Below, piece after piece: positions 13,440 to 26,449 of a stretch of 64,000 nt of DNA. This DNA is from Mobula hypostoma (taxonomy: Eukaryota), in contig NC_086097.1 of the NCBI RefSeq assembly GCF_963921235.1, positions 171,618,001-171,682,000 on the forward strand, in the 5' to 3' direction. Numbering within the stretch: the first letter of the stretch is position 1; every line of letters starts with the position of its first letter. The notes under the pieces were generated by a model, which worked only from the letters and a program-made list of their open reading frames with translations, was not told the origin of the DNA and did no database searches. Both the position numbers and the translations under genes were made by a program.

Positions 13440-13940
13440 ATAGCACAGAAGCTGGCCCTTTGACTTAACTAGTGCATGCCAATTAACTTTTTTTTACCTG
13501 AGCTGGTCTTAGTTCCCTGTGTTTGCTCCATTCGAATCCCCTTTATTCTTTCTCCCCTCACCTTATATGAATGACCTCCAGTTTTACACTACCTCACCCT
13601 GGGATCCATCCTCCTTATCTATAGCCCTTATGACTTTTATATACCTATTTTAATACCTTCAGCCTCCTACATGGTAGGAGAAATTCCTCAGCCTATCCCA
13701 TTATAGACCAGCCTTCCAGTTCTGGTAACGCCCTAGTGAATCTTTCCTGCATTCCCTCCAGATTAATGGCCTTTTCTGCTACTGGGGGACCAGAAATGCA
13801 CACAATACTCCAGGTGTGGTGTCACCAATACTTTGTACATCTGTAACGTAACATCCCAACTCTTGTCCTCAGCTCCCTGACCAATGGGGGCAAGCATACT
13901 AAATGGCTTTGTCATCACCCTGTTTAGTTCTGTTGCCACT
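13440..13940 (-). mobile_element. CR1 LINE 3' fragment
   Basis: gggggaccagaaatgcacacaatactccaggtgtgg corresponds to the (P)HLEYCV.FWSP motif on the minus strand. Confidence 0.7.
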
Positions 13941-13949
13941 ACCTACTAT

Positions 13950-14230
13950 AGATAAAGAAAGAGAGAAAAATAGAGGAAGAGAGAAAAGAAAGCACAAGAG
14001 AAAAAATTAGTGAGAGAGAGTGAGAAAGAGAGCAAGAAAGATAGAGAATGAGGGGGGAGAGAAAGTGAGCAAGAGAAAGAGGAGAGAGAGTGAGAGTAGA
14101 GAGGCAGCAAGGGGGCACAGTGATTATAAGAGATGGAGCAAAAGAAAGAGAGGGAGAGAATGGAGAAAGAATGAGATAGAGGGGGACAGAGAGGGCAAGA
14201 ATGTGAAAGAGAGGGAGAAAGAGAGAACAC
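13950..14230. repeat. GA-rich low-complexity tract
   Basis: Almost pure purine on the + strand. Confidence 0.9.
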
Positions 14231-14599
14231 ATAAAGGGATGTAAAAGCACATTGCACCCTTCTAAACTTAGGATTGAATCGTACCGATACAGGTAAATAT
14301 TTTTCTTTGTTTGCATCAGAGCGGGTCAGTTCTGCTGTCATATTAGCTCAGCTAATTTGCCCAAAATCATATAAAGTACATATAAAGCACACATGCCTCC
14401 CTTCCTATGATTTAGTTCTGGGATTCAATGACACAAAATCTGGAGAAGGAGAAACAAATGTGTCAGGTAGTAATTAATGTCTAGAGATCATGTACTGCCA
14501 GGTATTAAAGCAGAAGGCAGGAGAGATGATGCATGACAGTGCAAATTGAGTTATTTCGGTAAACAGGTTAAGAAGATCAAGTATAAGATTTTGTACAAG

Positions 14600-15210
14600 A
14601 CTACCAGTACTGTGTGCAGGATTTGTTGCTCCATTATAACAAAGACATCATTAATCTAGAACAAGTATAACAATGCTGCCAGGATTGGAAGGCCTTAATT
14701 ATAGAGAGAAATTGGGTCGGCTAGGACTTTATTCCTTGTAATATACAGTAGTAGATTGAGGGGTGACCTTATAGAGATGTATAAGATCATAGAGTCATAC
14801 AACACAAAAACAGGCCCTTCAGCCCATTAAGTCGACACCAGCCTGACCTTCTGCCTAGTCCCATCTTCCTACACTTTGACTATATCCCTTCATATCCTCT
14901 CATCTGTGTATTCAGACTGTATTTCGTTTGCTCCCTCACAACCTGTATGTATAACCATATACACACTTATATGTATGTTTTTCGCTCAGAGAATGATCAG
15001 TATATGGAACGAGCTGTCAGCGTGAGTGGTTGAGGCAGGTACAATAACTACAATAACAACATCTCAAAGGCACGCGGACAGGTACATGGATAGGAAAGGT
15101 TTAGAGGACAAATGTGCCCAAGTGGGGCTGCCTTCGAGTGGAGTCTTGCGCAACCCAGTGTAGTTGAGTCAAAGGGCCTGTTTCCATACTGTATGACTCT
15201 ATGACTCTAT
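14600..15210 (+). mobile_element. CR1 3' fragment containing a short opposite-strand CR1 tail
   Basis: ttgaggggtgaccttatagagatgtataag ... gggcctgtttccatactgtatgactctatgactctat; inverted tail near 14787-14910. Confidence 0.6.
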
Positions 15211-16804
15211 TACTCTAAGCCATGGATACATTACGATAAATTTATGTTAACTTCTGTTTCTCTTAATTGTAATGTACTGTACTGGTACTGCAAAAAGCTA
15301 ATTTTCATGACATTTATACCCTGGGTATGTATGTCCAGGACAATAAACCTGAACTTGTACTGAAAATCAGTTCTGATAAATGATCTTCGCCATAAAACAT
15401 TAACCATTTCTCCTTCCATTGACTTTGACATCTACTGAGTTTTTCCATCACTTTCTGTTTCAGGCCAAATGGCCTATTGATGGAAAGATCAGTGTTACTC
15501 AATAACTGAGGAGAACTCCCATGCTCTTTTGTTCAATGAAATGCTGACCTACTTCAAGAGGACAGTTGAAGGTCAACCATGTTATCATGGGTTTGGGGAG
15601 CAGAACTCCTGCCCTGAAGCACATAGTGAACTTACTGATTTTTGTTGACCACTCCGTAGTTTCATGCTGATCACTTCATGACCTCCTGAGATAGCAGAAA
15701 TGATGAAGCACAGGACAGAAGATTCTGACACTGCAGTAAAATTGTGGCATGGCAAAACTCACCTGTTATTAGATGGCATCATATAAACATAGTACACCAT
15801 CCTGATCTCATACCATCAAAGGCCAAGGGGATAGCCACTGAATCAGTTTAAGCATCATCCGATTTCATTTTGATGATACTTTTATCGGGCTGATTTTGAG
15901 CTGCTGGAAATGAAGAATCATGCATGAGGACAAAAGCTATTATTTTCATGAATTGACCTGGGGTTATATATAAAAAGATAGGGCTTTATAGCAATTGTTT
16001 CAGCAAAGAGAAAAACAATAACCGACTTATTTATTTGAAACACTGCAGGTAATTATAGATATAGGAAATTCAAAGTAAGCATTTACAAGTGACTAAGTAT
16101 TATTGGCATTCATATTACACAACACTTTAGTATGATGTTATTTATTATCGATGAGTGACGTTAAAAATGATCACAGCACCAGAACTGTACAATATTGCTA
16201 AAAGGATACAGAGGCACAGGAAAGATCTATCAAAGTGACAACAGAACTATGAGGCTTAACTTATCAAGAAAGATTGAACAGAGTGAGAGACCTTTCTCTG
16301 GAACAGAGGTTGAGGTGAAGTGATAGCTACCTTTAACATTATAAACTTGCTAAGGAAAAGTGGCAGTGGCAAAATGGTTTTGTAACTGGACTAGAAATCC
16401 AGAGGAATGAACAATTCACTGAAGGAACTTAACATGTCGAGCAGCATCCTGGGAAAGGAATGAATTATCAATGGTTTGGATTAAAACTCCACATCAGGAC
16501 CTGAGATGTTGCCAATCCAGAGGCTTGGATCAATGATCAGGAACATAGCTTCTAATCCCATCACTGTGCATAAATTTAAAGTTAATTTCAAAAAGATATT
16601 CCAGTTAAATAAAAAACTAGGATCACAAAATCTGAAATAGCTTGCAACAACTACAAATTATTAAACCATATCCAAGCTGATTCCACACACAATTAATCTC
16701 ACTCCCTGTCCTCTCCCCATAACCCTGCAAACATTTTCCAGATATATGCAAAACAAGCTTGTCACTGTAGCTTAGTACATGTGATAATAATAAAACAATT
16801 CCAA

Positions 16805-17345
16805 TTCCATAAGACCATAAGATATAGGAGCAGAATAAGGCCCTTTGGCCCATTGAGTCTGCTTCACCATTACATCATGGCTGATCCATTTTCCCTCTCA
16901 ACTCCAGACTCTTGCCTTCTCCCTGTATCCTTTCATGCCCTGACTAATCAAGAATCTATCAACCACTGCCTTAAATACACCCAATGACTTGGCCTCTACA
17001 ACCACCTGTGGCAATAAATTCCACAGATTCACTACTCTCTGGCGAAAGAAATTCCCCCTCATCTCCATTCTAAATGGACGCCCCTCTATTTTGATTATAG
17101 ATTAGATTTGATTAGATTATGAAGACACGCAGTCCTCTTTTATTGTCATTTAGTAATGCATGCATTAAGAAATGATACAATATTCCTCCAGTGTGATATC
17201 ACAGAAACACAGGACAGACCAAGACTGAAAAACTAACAAGAACCACATAATTATAACATATAGTTACAACAGTGCAACAATACCATAACTTGATGTAGAA
17301 CAGGCCATGGGCACAGTAAAAAAGTTCCTCTAGCCTTAGATTCCC
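16805..17345 (-). mobile_element. CR1 3' end interrupted by a non-coding retroposon
   Basis: ccataagaccataagatataggagcag tail; CR1 sequence stops near 17093 and resumes at ctctagccttagattcc near 17328. Confidence 0.75.
17096..17327 (-). mobile_element. Non-coding retroposon, short copy with (CTAAT)n tail
   Basis: Near-identical to 39533-39755; minus strand ends AATAAA...ctaatc repeats. Confidence 0.75.
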
Positions 17346-18569
17346 TAAATTCTATAACTTCAATGATAGATGCCTCCTATTTTGTTACTCTGCCAATAAT
17401 CTTCACTCTGTATCATTTGGTTTTTGACCCGCCTGGGAAATGTTCCTGATTACTTTGCCTGGAAGGAAGAGAACTGAGTTGATGGATTAAGGCAATTACA
17501 AGAGTTTTGAAACAGAGTTATTTGTGAATTAACCTGAATCTAGTCCTGAACAACCTAATAGGAAGAAACTGTGGCAGGATGTCAGAATGATCACCCAGGC
17601 TAATAATGGAATATTAAATAGTGGATGATAGAGGAAGAGTATAATTTTAAGTTATCTATAATAGAAAATATATAACAAATGGCCCTCATGAGCACAAAAT
17701 AGAATGATCAGAAATGCTTTTCTGTGAATAGAAATTGTCCTTTAGTCTGCATGATTAATTGTACAAGATAGAAACATAGAAAACCTACAGCACAATACAG
17801 GCCCTTCGGCCCAAAAAGCTATGCCGATCATGTCCTTACCTTAGAAATTAGCAAGGGTCACCCATAGCTCTCTATTTTTCTAAGCTCCATGTACCTATCC
17901 AGGAGTCTCTTAAAAAACCCTATCATATCTGCCTCCACCACCATTGCTGGCAGTCCATTTCACACACTCACCACTCTCTGCGTAAAAAACTTACCCCGAT
18001 ACCTCCTGTGTGCCTACTTCCAAGCACCTTAAAACTATGCCCTCTTGTGCTAGTCATTTCAGCCCTGGGAAAAAGCCTCTGACTATCCACACAATCAATC
18101 CACACACAATCTTATACACCTCCATCAGGTCACCTCTCATTGTCCGTCGCTCCAAGGAGGAAAGGCCGAGTTCACTCAACCTATTCTCATAAGGCATGCT
18201 CCCCATTCCAGGCAACATCCTTGTAAATTTCCTCTGCACCCTTTCTATGATTTCCACATCGTTCCTGTAGTGTGGTGACCAGAACCGAGCACAGTACTCC
18301 AAGTGGGGTCTGACCAGGGTCTATATAGCTGCAACATTACCTCTTGGCTCCTAAACTCAATCCCACGATTGATGAAGGCCAATGCACCATATGCCTTCTT
18401 AACCACAGAGTCTACCTGTGCAGCAGACTTGAGTGTCCTATGGACTCGGACCCCCAAGATCCCTCTGATCCTCCACACTGCCAAGAGTCTTACCATTAAT
18501 ACTATATTCTGTCATTATGTTTGACCTACCAAAATGAACCACCTCACACTTATCTGGGTTGATCTCCAT

Positions 18570-20485
18570 ACCTCGACACTGTTTTATCCCCCCTTGTTCA
18601 ATCCCCTCCCACCTATGTTCGTAACACTTCTCACGCTCTGAATCTTTTCAATGATTTTAAGTTCCCTGGCCCCCACCACTTTATTTTCACCATGGATGTT
18701 CAGTCCCTATATACCTCCATCCCCCACCAGGAAGGTCGGAAAGCTCTCCACTTCTTTTTGGATTCCAGACCTAACCAGTTCCCCTCTACCACAACTCTCC
18801 TCTGTCTAGCTGAATTAGTCCTTCTCTTAACAATTTCTCCTTTGGCTCCTCCCACTTCCTCCAAACTAAAGGTATAGCCATGGGCACCCGTATGGATCCC
18901 AGCTATGCCTGCCTTTTTGTTGGCTTTGTGGAATAATCCATGTTCCAAGCCTATTCTGGTATCTGTCCCCCTCTTTTCCTTTGCTACATCGATGACTGCA
19001 TTGGTGCTGCTTCCTGCACGCATGCTGAGCTCGTTGACTTTATTAACTTTGCCTCCAACTTTCACCCTGCCCTCAAGTTTACGTGGTCTATTTCCAACAC
19101 CTCCCTCCCCTTTCTTGATCTTTCTGTCTCTATATCTGGAGACAGCTTATCTATTGATGTCTACTATAAGCCTACGGACTCTCACAACTACCTGGACTAT
19201 ACCTCTTCCCACCCTGTCGCTTGCAAAAATGCCATCCCCTTCTCGCAATTCCTCCATCTCCACCACATCTGCTCTCAGGATGAGGCTTCTCATTCCAGGA
19301 CAAAGGAGATGTCTTCCCTTTTTAAACAAAGGAGCTTCCCTTCCTCTACCATCAACTCTGCTGTCAAACGCATCTCTCCCATCTCACGCACATCTGCTCT
19401 CACCCCATCCTCCTGCCACCCCACTAGGAATAGGGTTCCCCTTGTCCTCACCTACCACCCCACCAGCCTCCGGGTCCAACATAATATTCTCCGTAACTTC
19501 CGTCACTTCCAACGGGATCCCACCACTACGCACATCTTTCCCTCTCCCCCTCCTTTCTGCTTTCCACAGGAATTGCTCCCTACGTGATTCCCTTGTCCAT
19601 TCATCCCCTCCATCCCTTCCCACCAATTTCCCTCCCAGCACTTATCCTTGTAAGCGGAACAAGTGCTACACATGCCCTTACACTTCCTCCCTTACCACCA
19701 TTCAGGGCCCCAGACAGTCCTTCCAGGTGAGGCAACACTTCACCTGTGAGTGGGCTGGTGTGATATACTGCATCTGGTGCTCCTGGTGCGGCCTTCTATA
19801 TATTGGCGAGACCCAACGCAGTCTGGGAGACCGTTTCACTGAACACCTACGCTCTTTCTGCCAGAGAAAGCAAAATCTAATCAGTGGCCACACATTTTAA
19901 TTCCACGTCCCATTCCCATTCTGATATGTCTATCCACGGCCTCTTCTACTGTCAAAATGAAACCACACTCAGGTTGGAGGAACAACACCTTATATATTCT
20001 GTCTGGGTAGCCTCCAACCTGATGGCATAAATATTGACTTCTCTAACTTTCGTTAATGCCCCTCCTACCCTTCACACCTCATCCCTTATTTATTTATTTA
20101 ATATATTTTTTTATTTTCCCCCCTTTTTACCTTTCTCTATTTTCTCCCTCTGTCCCTCTCACGATAATTCCTTGCCTGCTCTCCACCCTCCGGGCTCCCC
20201 TCCCCCCTTCTCTCTCTCCCCAGGCTCCCCGTCCCATGATCCTCTCCCTTCTTCAGTCTGCTATCTCTTTTGCCAATCAGCTTTCCAGCTCTTAGATCCA
20301 CACCTCCCCTCCTGTCTTCTCCTATCATTTCAGATCTCCCCCTCCCCTCCTACTTTCAAATCTCTTACTATCACTTCTTTCAGTTAGTCTTGTTGAAGGG
20401 TCCCGGTCCGAAACGTCAACTGTACCTCTTCTTATAGATGTTGCCTGGCCTGCTGCGTTCCACCAGCATTTTTTGTGTGTGTTGC
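18570..20485 (+). mobile_element. Penelope-like retroelement, 5'-truncated, with 11-bp TSD
   Basis: RT (MDVQSLYTSIPH, KGIAMGTRM, YIDD, LPFLD), GIY-YIG endonuclease (VIYCIWCSWCGLLYIGETQR), pyrimidine-rich 3' region and pLTR; TTGATCTCCAT at 18559-18569 and 20486-20496. Confidence 0.92.
18692..20030 (+). pseudogene. Penelope RT + GIY-YIG ORF, disrupted
   Basis: Spread over ORFs 18692..18877, 18940..19587 and the 3' half of 18905..19900; frameshifts and an in-frame stop near 18934. Confidence 0.88.
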
Positions 20486-20575
20486 TTGATCTCCATCTGC
20501 CACTTCTCAGCCCAGTTTTGCATCCTATCAATGTCCCCCTGTGACCTCTGACGGGCCCTCCACACTATCCACAAG

Positions 20576-22408
20576 ACATAGAAACATAGAAACATAGAAA
20601 ATAGGTGCAGGAGTAGGCCATTCGGCCCTTTGATCCATTTATTATGATCATGGCTGATCATCCAACTCAGAACCCCGCCCCAGCCTTCCCTCCATACCCC
20701 CTGATCCCTTTAGCCACAAGGGCCATATCTAACTCCCTCTTAAATATAGCCAATGAACTGGCCTCAACTGTTTCCTGTGGCAGAGAATTCCACAGATTCA
20801 CCACTCTCTGTGTGAAGAAGTTTTTCTAATATCGGTCCTAAAAGGCTTCCCCTTTATCCTCAAACTGTGACCCCTTGTTCTGGACTTCCCCAACATCGGG
20901 AACAATCTTCCTGCATCTAGCCTGTCCAATCCCTTTAGGATTTTATATGTTTCAATCAGATCCCCCCTCAATCTTCTAAATTCCAGCGAGTACAAGCCCA
21001 GTTCATCCAGTCTTTCTTCATATGAAAATCCTGCCATCCCAGGAATCAATCTGGTGAACCTTCTTTGTACTCCCTCTATGGCAAGGATGTCTTTCCTCAG
21101 ATTAGGGGACCAAAACTGCACACAATACTCCAGGTGTGGTCTCACCAAGGCCTTGTACAACTGCAGTAGTACCTCCCTGCTCCTGTACTCGAATCCTCTT
21201 GCTATAAATGCCAGCATACCATTCGCCTTTTTCACCGCCTGCTCTACCTGCATGCCCACTTTCAATGACTGGTGTATAATGACACCCAGGTCTCGTTGCA
21301 CCTCCCCTTTTCCTAATCGGCCACCATTCAGATAATAATCTGTTTTCCTATTTTTGCCACCAAAGTGGATAACTTCACATTTATCCACATTAAATTGCAT
21401 CTGTCATGAATTTGCCCACTCACCCAACCTATCCAAGTCACCCTGCATCCTCTTAGCATCCTCCTCACAGCTAACACTGCCACCCAGCTTCGAGTCATCC
21501 GCAAACTTGGAGATGCTGCATTTAATTCCCTCATCCAAGTCACTAATATATATTGTAAACAACTGGGGTCCCAGCACTGAGCCTTGCGGTACCCCACTAG
21601 TCACTGCCTGCCATTCTGAAAAGGTCCCGTTTATTCCCACTCTTTGCTTCCTGTCTGCTAACCAATTCTCCATCCACATCAATACCTTACCCCCAATACC
21701 GTGTGCTTTATGTTTGCACACTAATCTCCTGTGTGGGACCTTGTCAAAAGCCTTTTGAAAATCCAAATATACCACATCCACTGGTTCTCCCCTATCCACT
21801 CTACTAGTTACATCCTCAAAAAATTCTATGAGATTCGTCAGACATGATTTTCCTTTCACAAATCCATGCTGACTTTGTCCGTTGATTTCACCGCTTTCCA
21901 AATGTGCTGTTATCACATCTTTGATAACTGACTCCAGCAGTTTCCCCATCAGCGACGTTAGGCTAACCTGTCTATAATTCCCCAGTTTCTCTCTCCCTCC
22001 TTTTTTAAAAAGTGGGGTTACATTAGCCACCCTCCAATCCTCAGGAACTAGTCCAGAATCTAACGAGTTTTGAAAAATTATCACTAATGCATCCACTATT
22101 TCTTGGGCTACTTCCTTAAGCACTCTGGGATGCAGACCATCTGGCCCTGGGGATTTATCTGCCTTCAATCCCTTCAATTTACCTAACACCACTTCCCTAC
22201 TAACAAGTATTTCGCTCAGTTCCTCCATCTCACTGGACCCTCTGTCCCCTACTATTTCTGGAAGATTATTTATGTCCTCCTTAGTGAAGACAGAACCAAA
22301 GTAATTATTCAATTGGTCTGCCATGTCCTTGCTCCCCATAATCAATTCACCTGTTTCTGTCTGTAGGGGACCTACATTTGTCTTTACCAGTCTTTTCCTT
22401 TTTACATA
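20576..22408 (-). mobile_element. CR1 LINE (family B), young 5'-truncated copy
   Basis: ORFs 21404..22345 and 20798..21400 are in the same frame, separated by one stop; motifs QHGFVKGKSC, LDFQKAFDKV, GVPQGSVLGP, FADD; (ATAGAAAC)n tail. Confidence 0.95.
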
Positions 22409-22683
22409 CCCCCAACCTTTGTGTCATGCCTCCACTTCCTCATCCAGGTCACTTACAAAAATCACGAAGAGTAGGGGTCTCAGAACAGACCTTTGAGGCA
22501 CACCACTGGCCATCGACCTCCATGCAGAATATGACCCATCTACAACCACTCTTTGCCTTCTGTGGGCAAGCCAGTTCTGGATCCATAAAGCAATGTCCCC
22601 TTGGATCCCATGCCTCCTTACTTTCTCAATAAGCCTTACATGGGGTACTTTGTCAAATGCCTTGCTGAAATCCATATACACTA

Positions 22684-23240
22684 TGTTGGAGAGGCCTCAC
22701 ATAGAATTTTATGCTCAGTTTCCTATTATCTTGTTTATAGGAAAGAAATCATTAAACAAGAAAGAATGCAAAGCAGATCTACAAAAATGTTACTAGAACT
22801 CAAGAACCTGAGTTCTAAGGATGGGCCAAGCAGGCAGGGAATTTATTCTTTGGAGTGTAGGCGACTGAAGGGTGAATTTATAGAGGTGTATAAAATTATG
22901 ATGTGAGGTGTAGATAGGGTGAATACATAGTCTTTTTATTGGAGAAAGAGAATCAAAATCTGGTGGGCATAGGTTTGATATGGTGCGGGGGCAGTGGGGG
23001 GGGGAAGATTTAAAGGATAGTTGAGGGGCAACATCTCCAAGCAGGGGATGGTGAGTACATGGAAAGAAGGGCCGGAGAAAGTAGTTGAGGCAGGTACAAT
23101 AACAGCATTTAAAAGACATTTCAGAAAAGGTTTAGAGGGATATGGAACAAATGAGGGCAAATGGGATTAGCTTGGGGTCACTTTGGTTGGCATGGACAAG
23201 TTAGCCTGAAGGGCCTGTTTCTGTTGTTGATCTATGACTC
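22684..23240 (+). mobile_element. CR1 3' fragment
   Basis: GIYSLECRRLKGEFIEVYKIM in ORF 22601..22906; typical gaagggcctgtttctgt end. Confidence 0.75.
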
Positions 23241-23324
23241 CCAAAAAGAAACATCAGGGGAGATAAAAGGTCAGAGGGGATCAAATGTCCAGAGTTCTGT
23301 GGGATTCTAGAGGAAAGGATACAT

Positions 23325-23690
23325 TAGAACATAGAACATAGAAATCTACAGCAGGTTACAGTTCCTTTGGCCCATGATGTTGTCCCGACCATGTAACCTA
23401 CTCTAGAAAATGTCTAGAATTACTCTACCACCTAGTCTGCTATTTTTCTAAGCTCCATGTACCTATCCAAGAGTCTCTTAAAAGACCCTATTGTATCCAC
23501 CTCTACCCCTGTCACTCGTTGTGCATTACATCACCCCCCACTCTGTGTGAAAAACTTACTTCTGACATCCCACACGCACCTACTTCCAAGCACCTTAAAA
23601 CTATGACCCCTCATGTTAGCCATTTCAGCACGGAAAAATCCTCTGGCTATCCACACAATCAATGCCTCTCATCATCTTACACACCTAACT
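23325..23690 (-). mobile_element. CR1 family A 3' end
   Basis: Similar to 17768-18120; (CATAGAA)n tail. Confidence 0.75.
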
Positions 23691-24611
23691 TGGATGGGAA
23701 TGTCAAGAGATACTGATGAAGGAGGTGGAGGGATGCCGCTGGGAGGTAGTGGATAGGTCAGAAAGGGGAGTCATGTGAAGAACATTACATAAGTTTGGTT
23801 TCAGACAGTTATCATGGGGATGGCAAGAGATTGTGGGTGTGGATGATGAATATTATGTGTATACCTTCACAAAGTTTAACACATTGATGAGAACTCAGGG
23901 GAGATGGCTTTGCTCTTCAAAGCCCACAAGCAGTGCTAGTGAATGACTTATTTACCTTATGGTTTAGTGAAGGAAACTAAGCTGGAGAGTGCAAAAAAAA
24001 AACCTTACAGATCCTGGAAACCTGACGTAAAAGGACTCAGTGAGTCAGGCAGCATCTGGGGAAGAGAAACAGAGTTAGTATTTCAATTCAAAGCCTTCTG
24101 TGAAAGTTAAACTTGAATATGGGGAAACAAAAAAAAACACAAGGCCGGACCTGATCCCTGTCTCTGTTAAATACAATGGTACACAGGATCCAGATGAAAT
24201 TCTTTAACATTCACTTCATATGCATCTAGTGGTGGGGTTGGAAGACTCCCCTGTACTCCAGGCTTATGTAGTAACCATCAGTAGGTGCAAGTTAAGTTGT
24301 GCTGTAAATACTCGGTAGTTAGATCATCTAATGAAGTTTGATCCCGGTTTATCAATACTACTAGGTTCTCTGCTCTATGTAGTCTTCATACGTCTGCAGA
24401 ATTAACTCACAAGAGCTGAGGAACTGAAGAGCATCTTTAAGGCATGAGTTACTGACGACAATATTCTGAGAATTCCCCAAATCCCATTTTTCATCCAGAC
24501 CACAAAACCTGCTTATCTTCAGTGTAAATTTGGTCTTACACCTTCATCAAGTTATATACACACTTGGACTTGGACTGAAATTTATAGTGAATTACCGAAT
24601 ATTAATCCTTT

Positions 24612-25440
24612 CAGATTCAGATTCATTTATTTATCATATGTACATTGAGACGTACAGTGTAATGATGGGGGCAGCTCGCAAGTATCACCACACGTTCTGG
24701 CACCAGCAATATGTACCCACAATGCTCGACAGAACAATACAGAACACTACAAGCAATAAAGCAACAACAGCAAAACAGCCCCATTCCTCCCTACTACCAA
24801 CCACCCATCAACTCACATATACAGTCGTCCATTTCCAGGACAGGCCACCTTCTGCCTCCAGCGGACGTTGTGAATTTGCAGACACTAGGCATCAATTTCT
24901 CCGGTGCTTTTGCAGAGACTAGGAGACCCAGGCTTCTGCACTCTTCCAGAGTTTCAATCAACTTTTTGGTTTGATCTTTGGTATCGACCTAGGATTCGCC
25001 AAGAACAACGAATGAGGACCCAGAACACTAAGTCTCAAACTAGAGACTTGCCGATGATGACACTCTGGACACTAAGCCGCAAGCTCACATGCCAAGTGGG
25101 TCATTGGCCCTTGTACCACTGCCCACATGGAACTCCAATCCCAGAACCTGCCGAGTACTTTCTGGACTGAGAGTCACCAGTCTTCATCCTTGCTGGTCTG
25201 CTGGCTGACATCTGACCACAGATGCCCCATGTCCAAATTACTGGAATTGAATGTAGAGCAGAGGCCTAGACTTTGGCTTGACCTCGAATTTCCCCACATC
25301 TTGTCCCTAAACCCTAAGCTGACATCTAACTCCCCTAAATCGTCCCCACAAACCTAAAAAAAAAACTAAAATCCAAGCAACTAACTCTGAGTCATGACCT
25401 TGATGGAAGCCAGAGCTCAGGACCACCTTGACAGGAAGTT
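24612..25440 (-). mobile_element. Non-autonomous retroposon with (GAATCT)n tail
   Basis: 3' block resembles 28375-28745 and 49940-50677; no RT coding. Confidence 0.55.
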
Positions 25441-25515
25441 TTCAGTGTTCCTGTTAGTAAGCATATCTGATGTATTTCACTCACCTGTATTTTTGAAGGT
25501 TATGAATTAATAGTA

Positions 25516-25668
25516 CAGTCAACCTTCACTAATCTGACTACATGTAATCCAGTTCCTTCGATAATCTGGCACTGATTGTGCTTAATGTGATCCTTCTGTA
25601 ATTCAGCATTTTCACTAATCCGGCACTCCTCAGATTCCAATAGTGCCGGATTAGTGAAGGTCAACCTG
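25516..25668. mobile_element. Tigger/pogo-like MITE
   Basis: TA-CAGTCAACCTTCACTAATCTG at left and CGGATTAGTGAAGGTCAACCTG at right form imperfect TIRs; internal TTC(A/G)(C/A)TAATC(C/T)GGCACT repeats. Confidence 0.75.
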
Positions 25669-26059
25669 TCGCACAAATTCACCTCCACGGATATCTACAT
25701 GAAGAATTCCAAATATCTTTTCTAATATGGAAATGATTTACAGAGTACAAGTTTGGAAGCCATAGCAACTTGCCAAGCTTCTTTGACAACATCTCCTAAA
25801 GCTACATACTTTATCTCACAGTATCTCGTAGGATATGGGCAGAGGTGCCTGGGATCAGGCATACTTGCAGGTTCTGCTCAGACCCACGTTATCCTGATAT
25901 TGGGAAACAATTTGCTAATCTTTCACTAGTGCTGGGTCTCCCGAGAGCCTGCAATTTTTGAAGGGCAGTTGGGGATGGGCAGTAAATGCTGACTAACACT
26001 GAGGGAATGAAATGCAAACAGTACATCTGCTGATAGTGTATCAGTCGAAAGTAAAGATG

Positions 26060-26262
26060 ACACAAGCGATTCTGTAGATGCTGGAATCTTGAGCAACACA
26101 CATTAAAAGCTGGAGAAACTCAGCAGGTCAGGCAGCATCTATGGAGGGAAATGAATAGTCAATGTTTTGGTCTGAGATCTAATGAAGGACCTTAGCCGAA
26201 AAAAATTGACTGTTTTTCCCCTGACCTGCAGATTTCCTCCAGAATTTTGTGTGTGTTGCTTA
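26060..26262. repeat. Inverted pair of Penelope pLTR-derived repeats
   Basis: agcaacacac...gctggagaaactcagcaggtcagg mirrored by cctgacctgcagatttcctccag...gtgtgttgct. Confidence 0.7.
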
Positions 26263-26449
26263 AAATTAAAGATGATATGAACATCATCCATGATACAAAA
26301 AAGTCAACCTACTCAGCAAGATTGGGTTGCTGAAAGAGCAAATGAGACAAATATTATATTTCAACTATGACATTTCTCAGTAAACAATAACTGCAGTTAA
26401 TTGCAGTGAGAGAAGGATAGTTTCCTTAACATTTCATGCCAGATCAATT

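Larger units (their letters stand above)
17768..22683 (-). mobile_element. CR1 LINE (family A) split into three pieces by nested insertions
   Basis: Colinear RT pieces: 22409-22683 (YMDFSKAFDKVPH, SGVPQ), 20486-20575 and 17768-18569 (ORFs 18245..18496 and 18054..18302), with (ATAGAAAC)n tail. Confidence 0.9.

Noticed and set aside
13939..14341. S/L-rich and E/R/K-rich ORFs
   Set aside because: Translations of a GA-rich low-complexity tract; the same applies to 20034-20387 and 33830-34138.
18905..19900. 331-aa ORF as a novel protein
   Set aside because: The N-terminal part is an off-frame reading of Penelope RT and the C-terminal part is the GIY-YIG domain after a frameshift.
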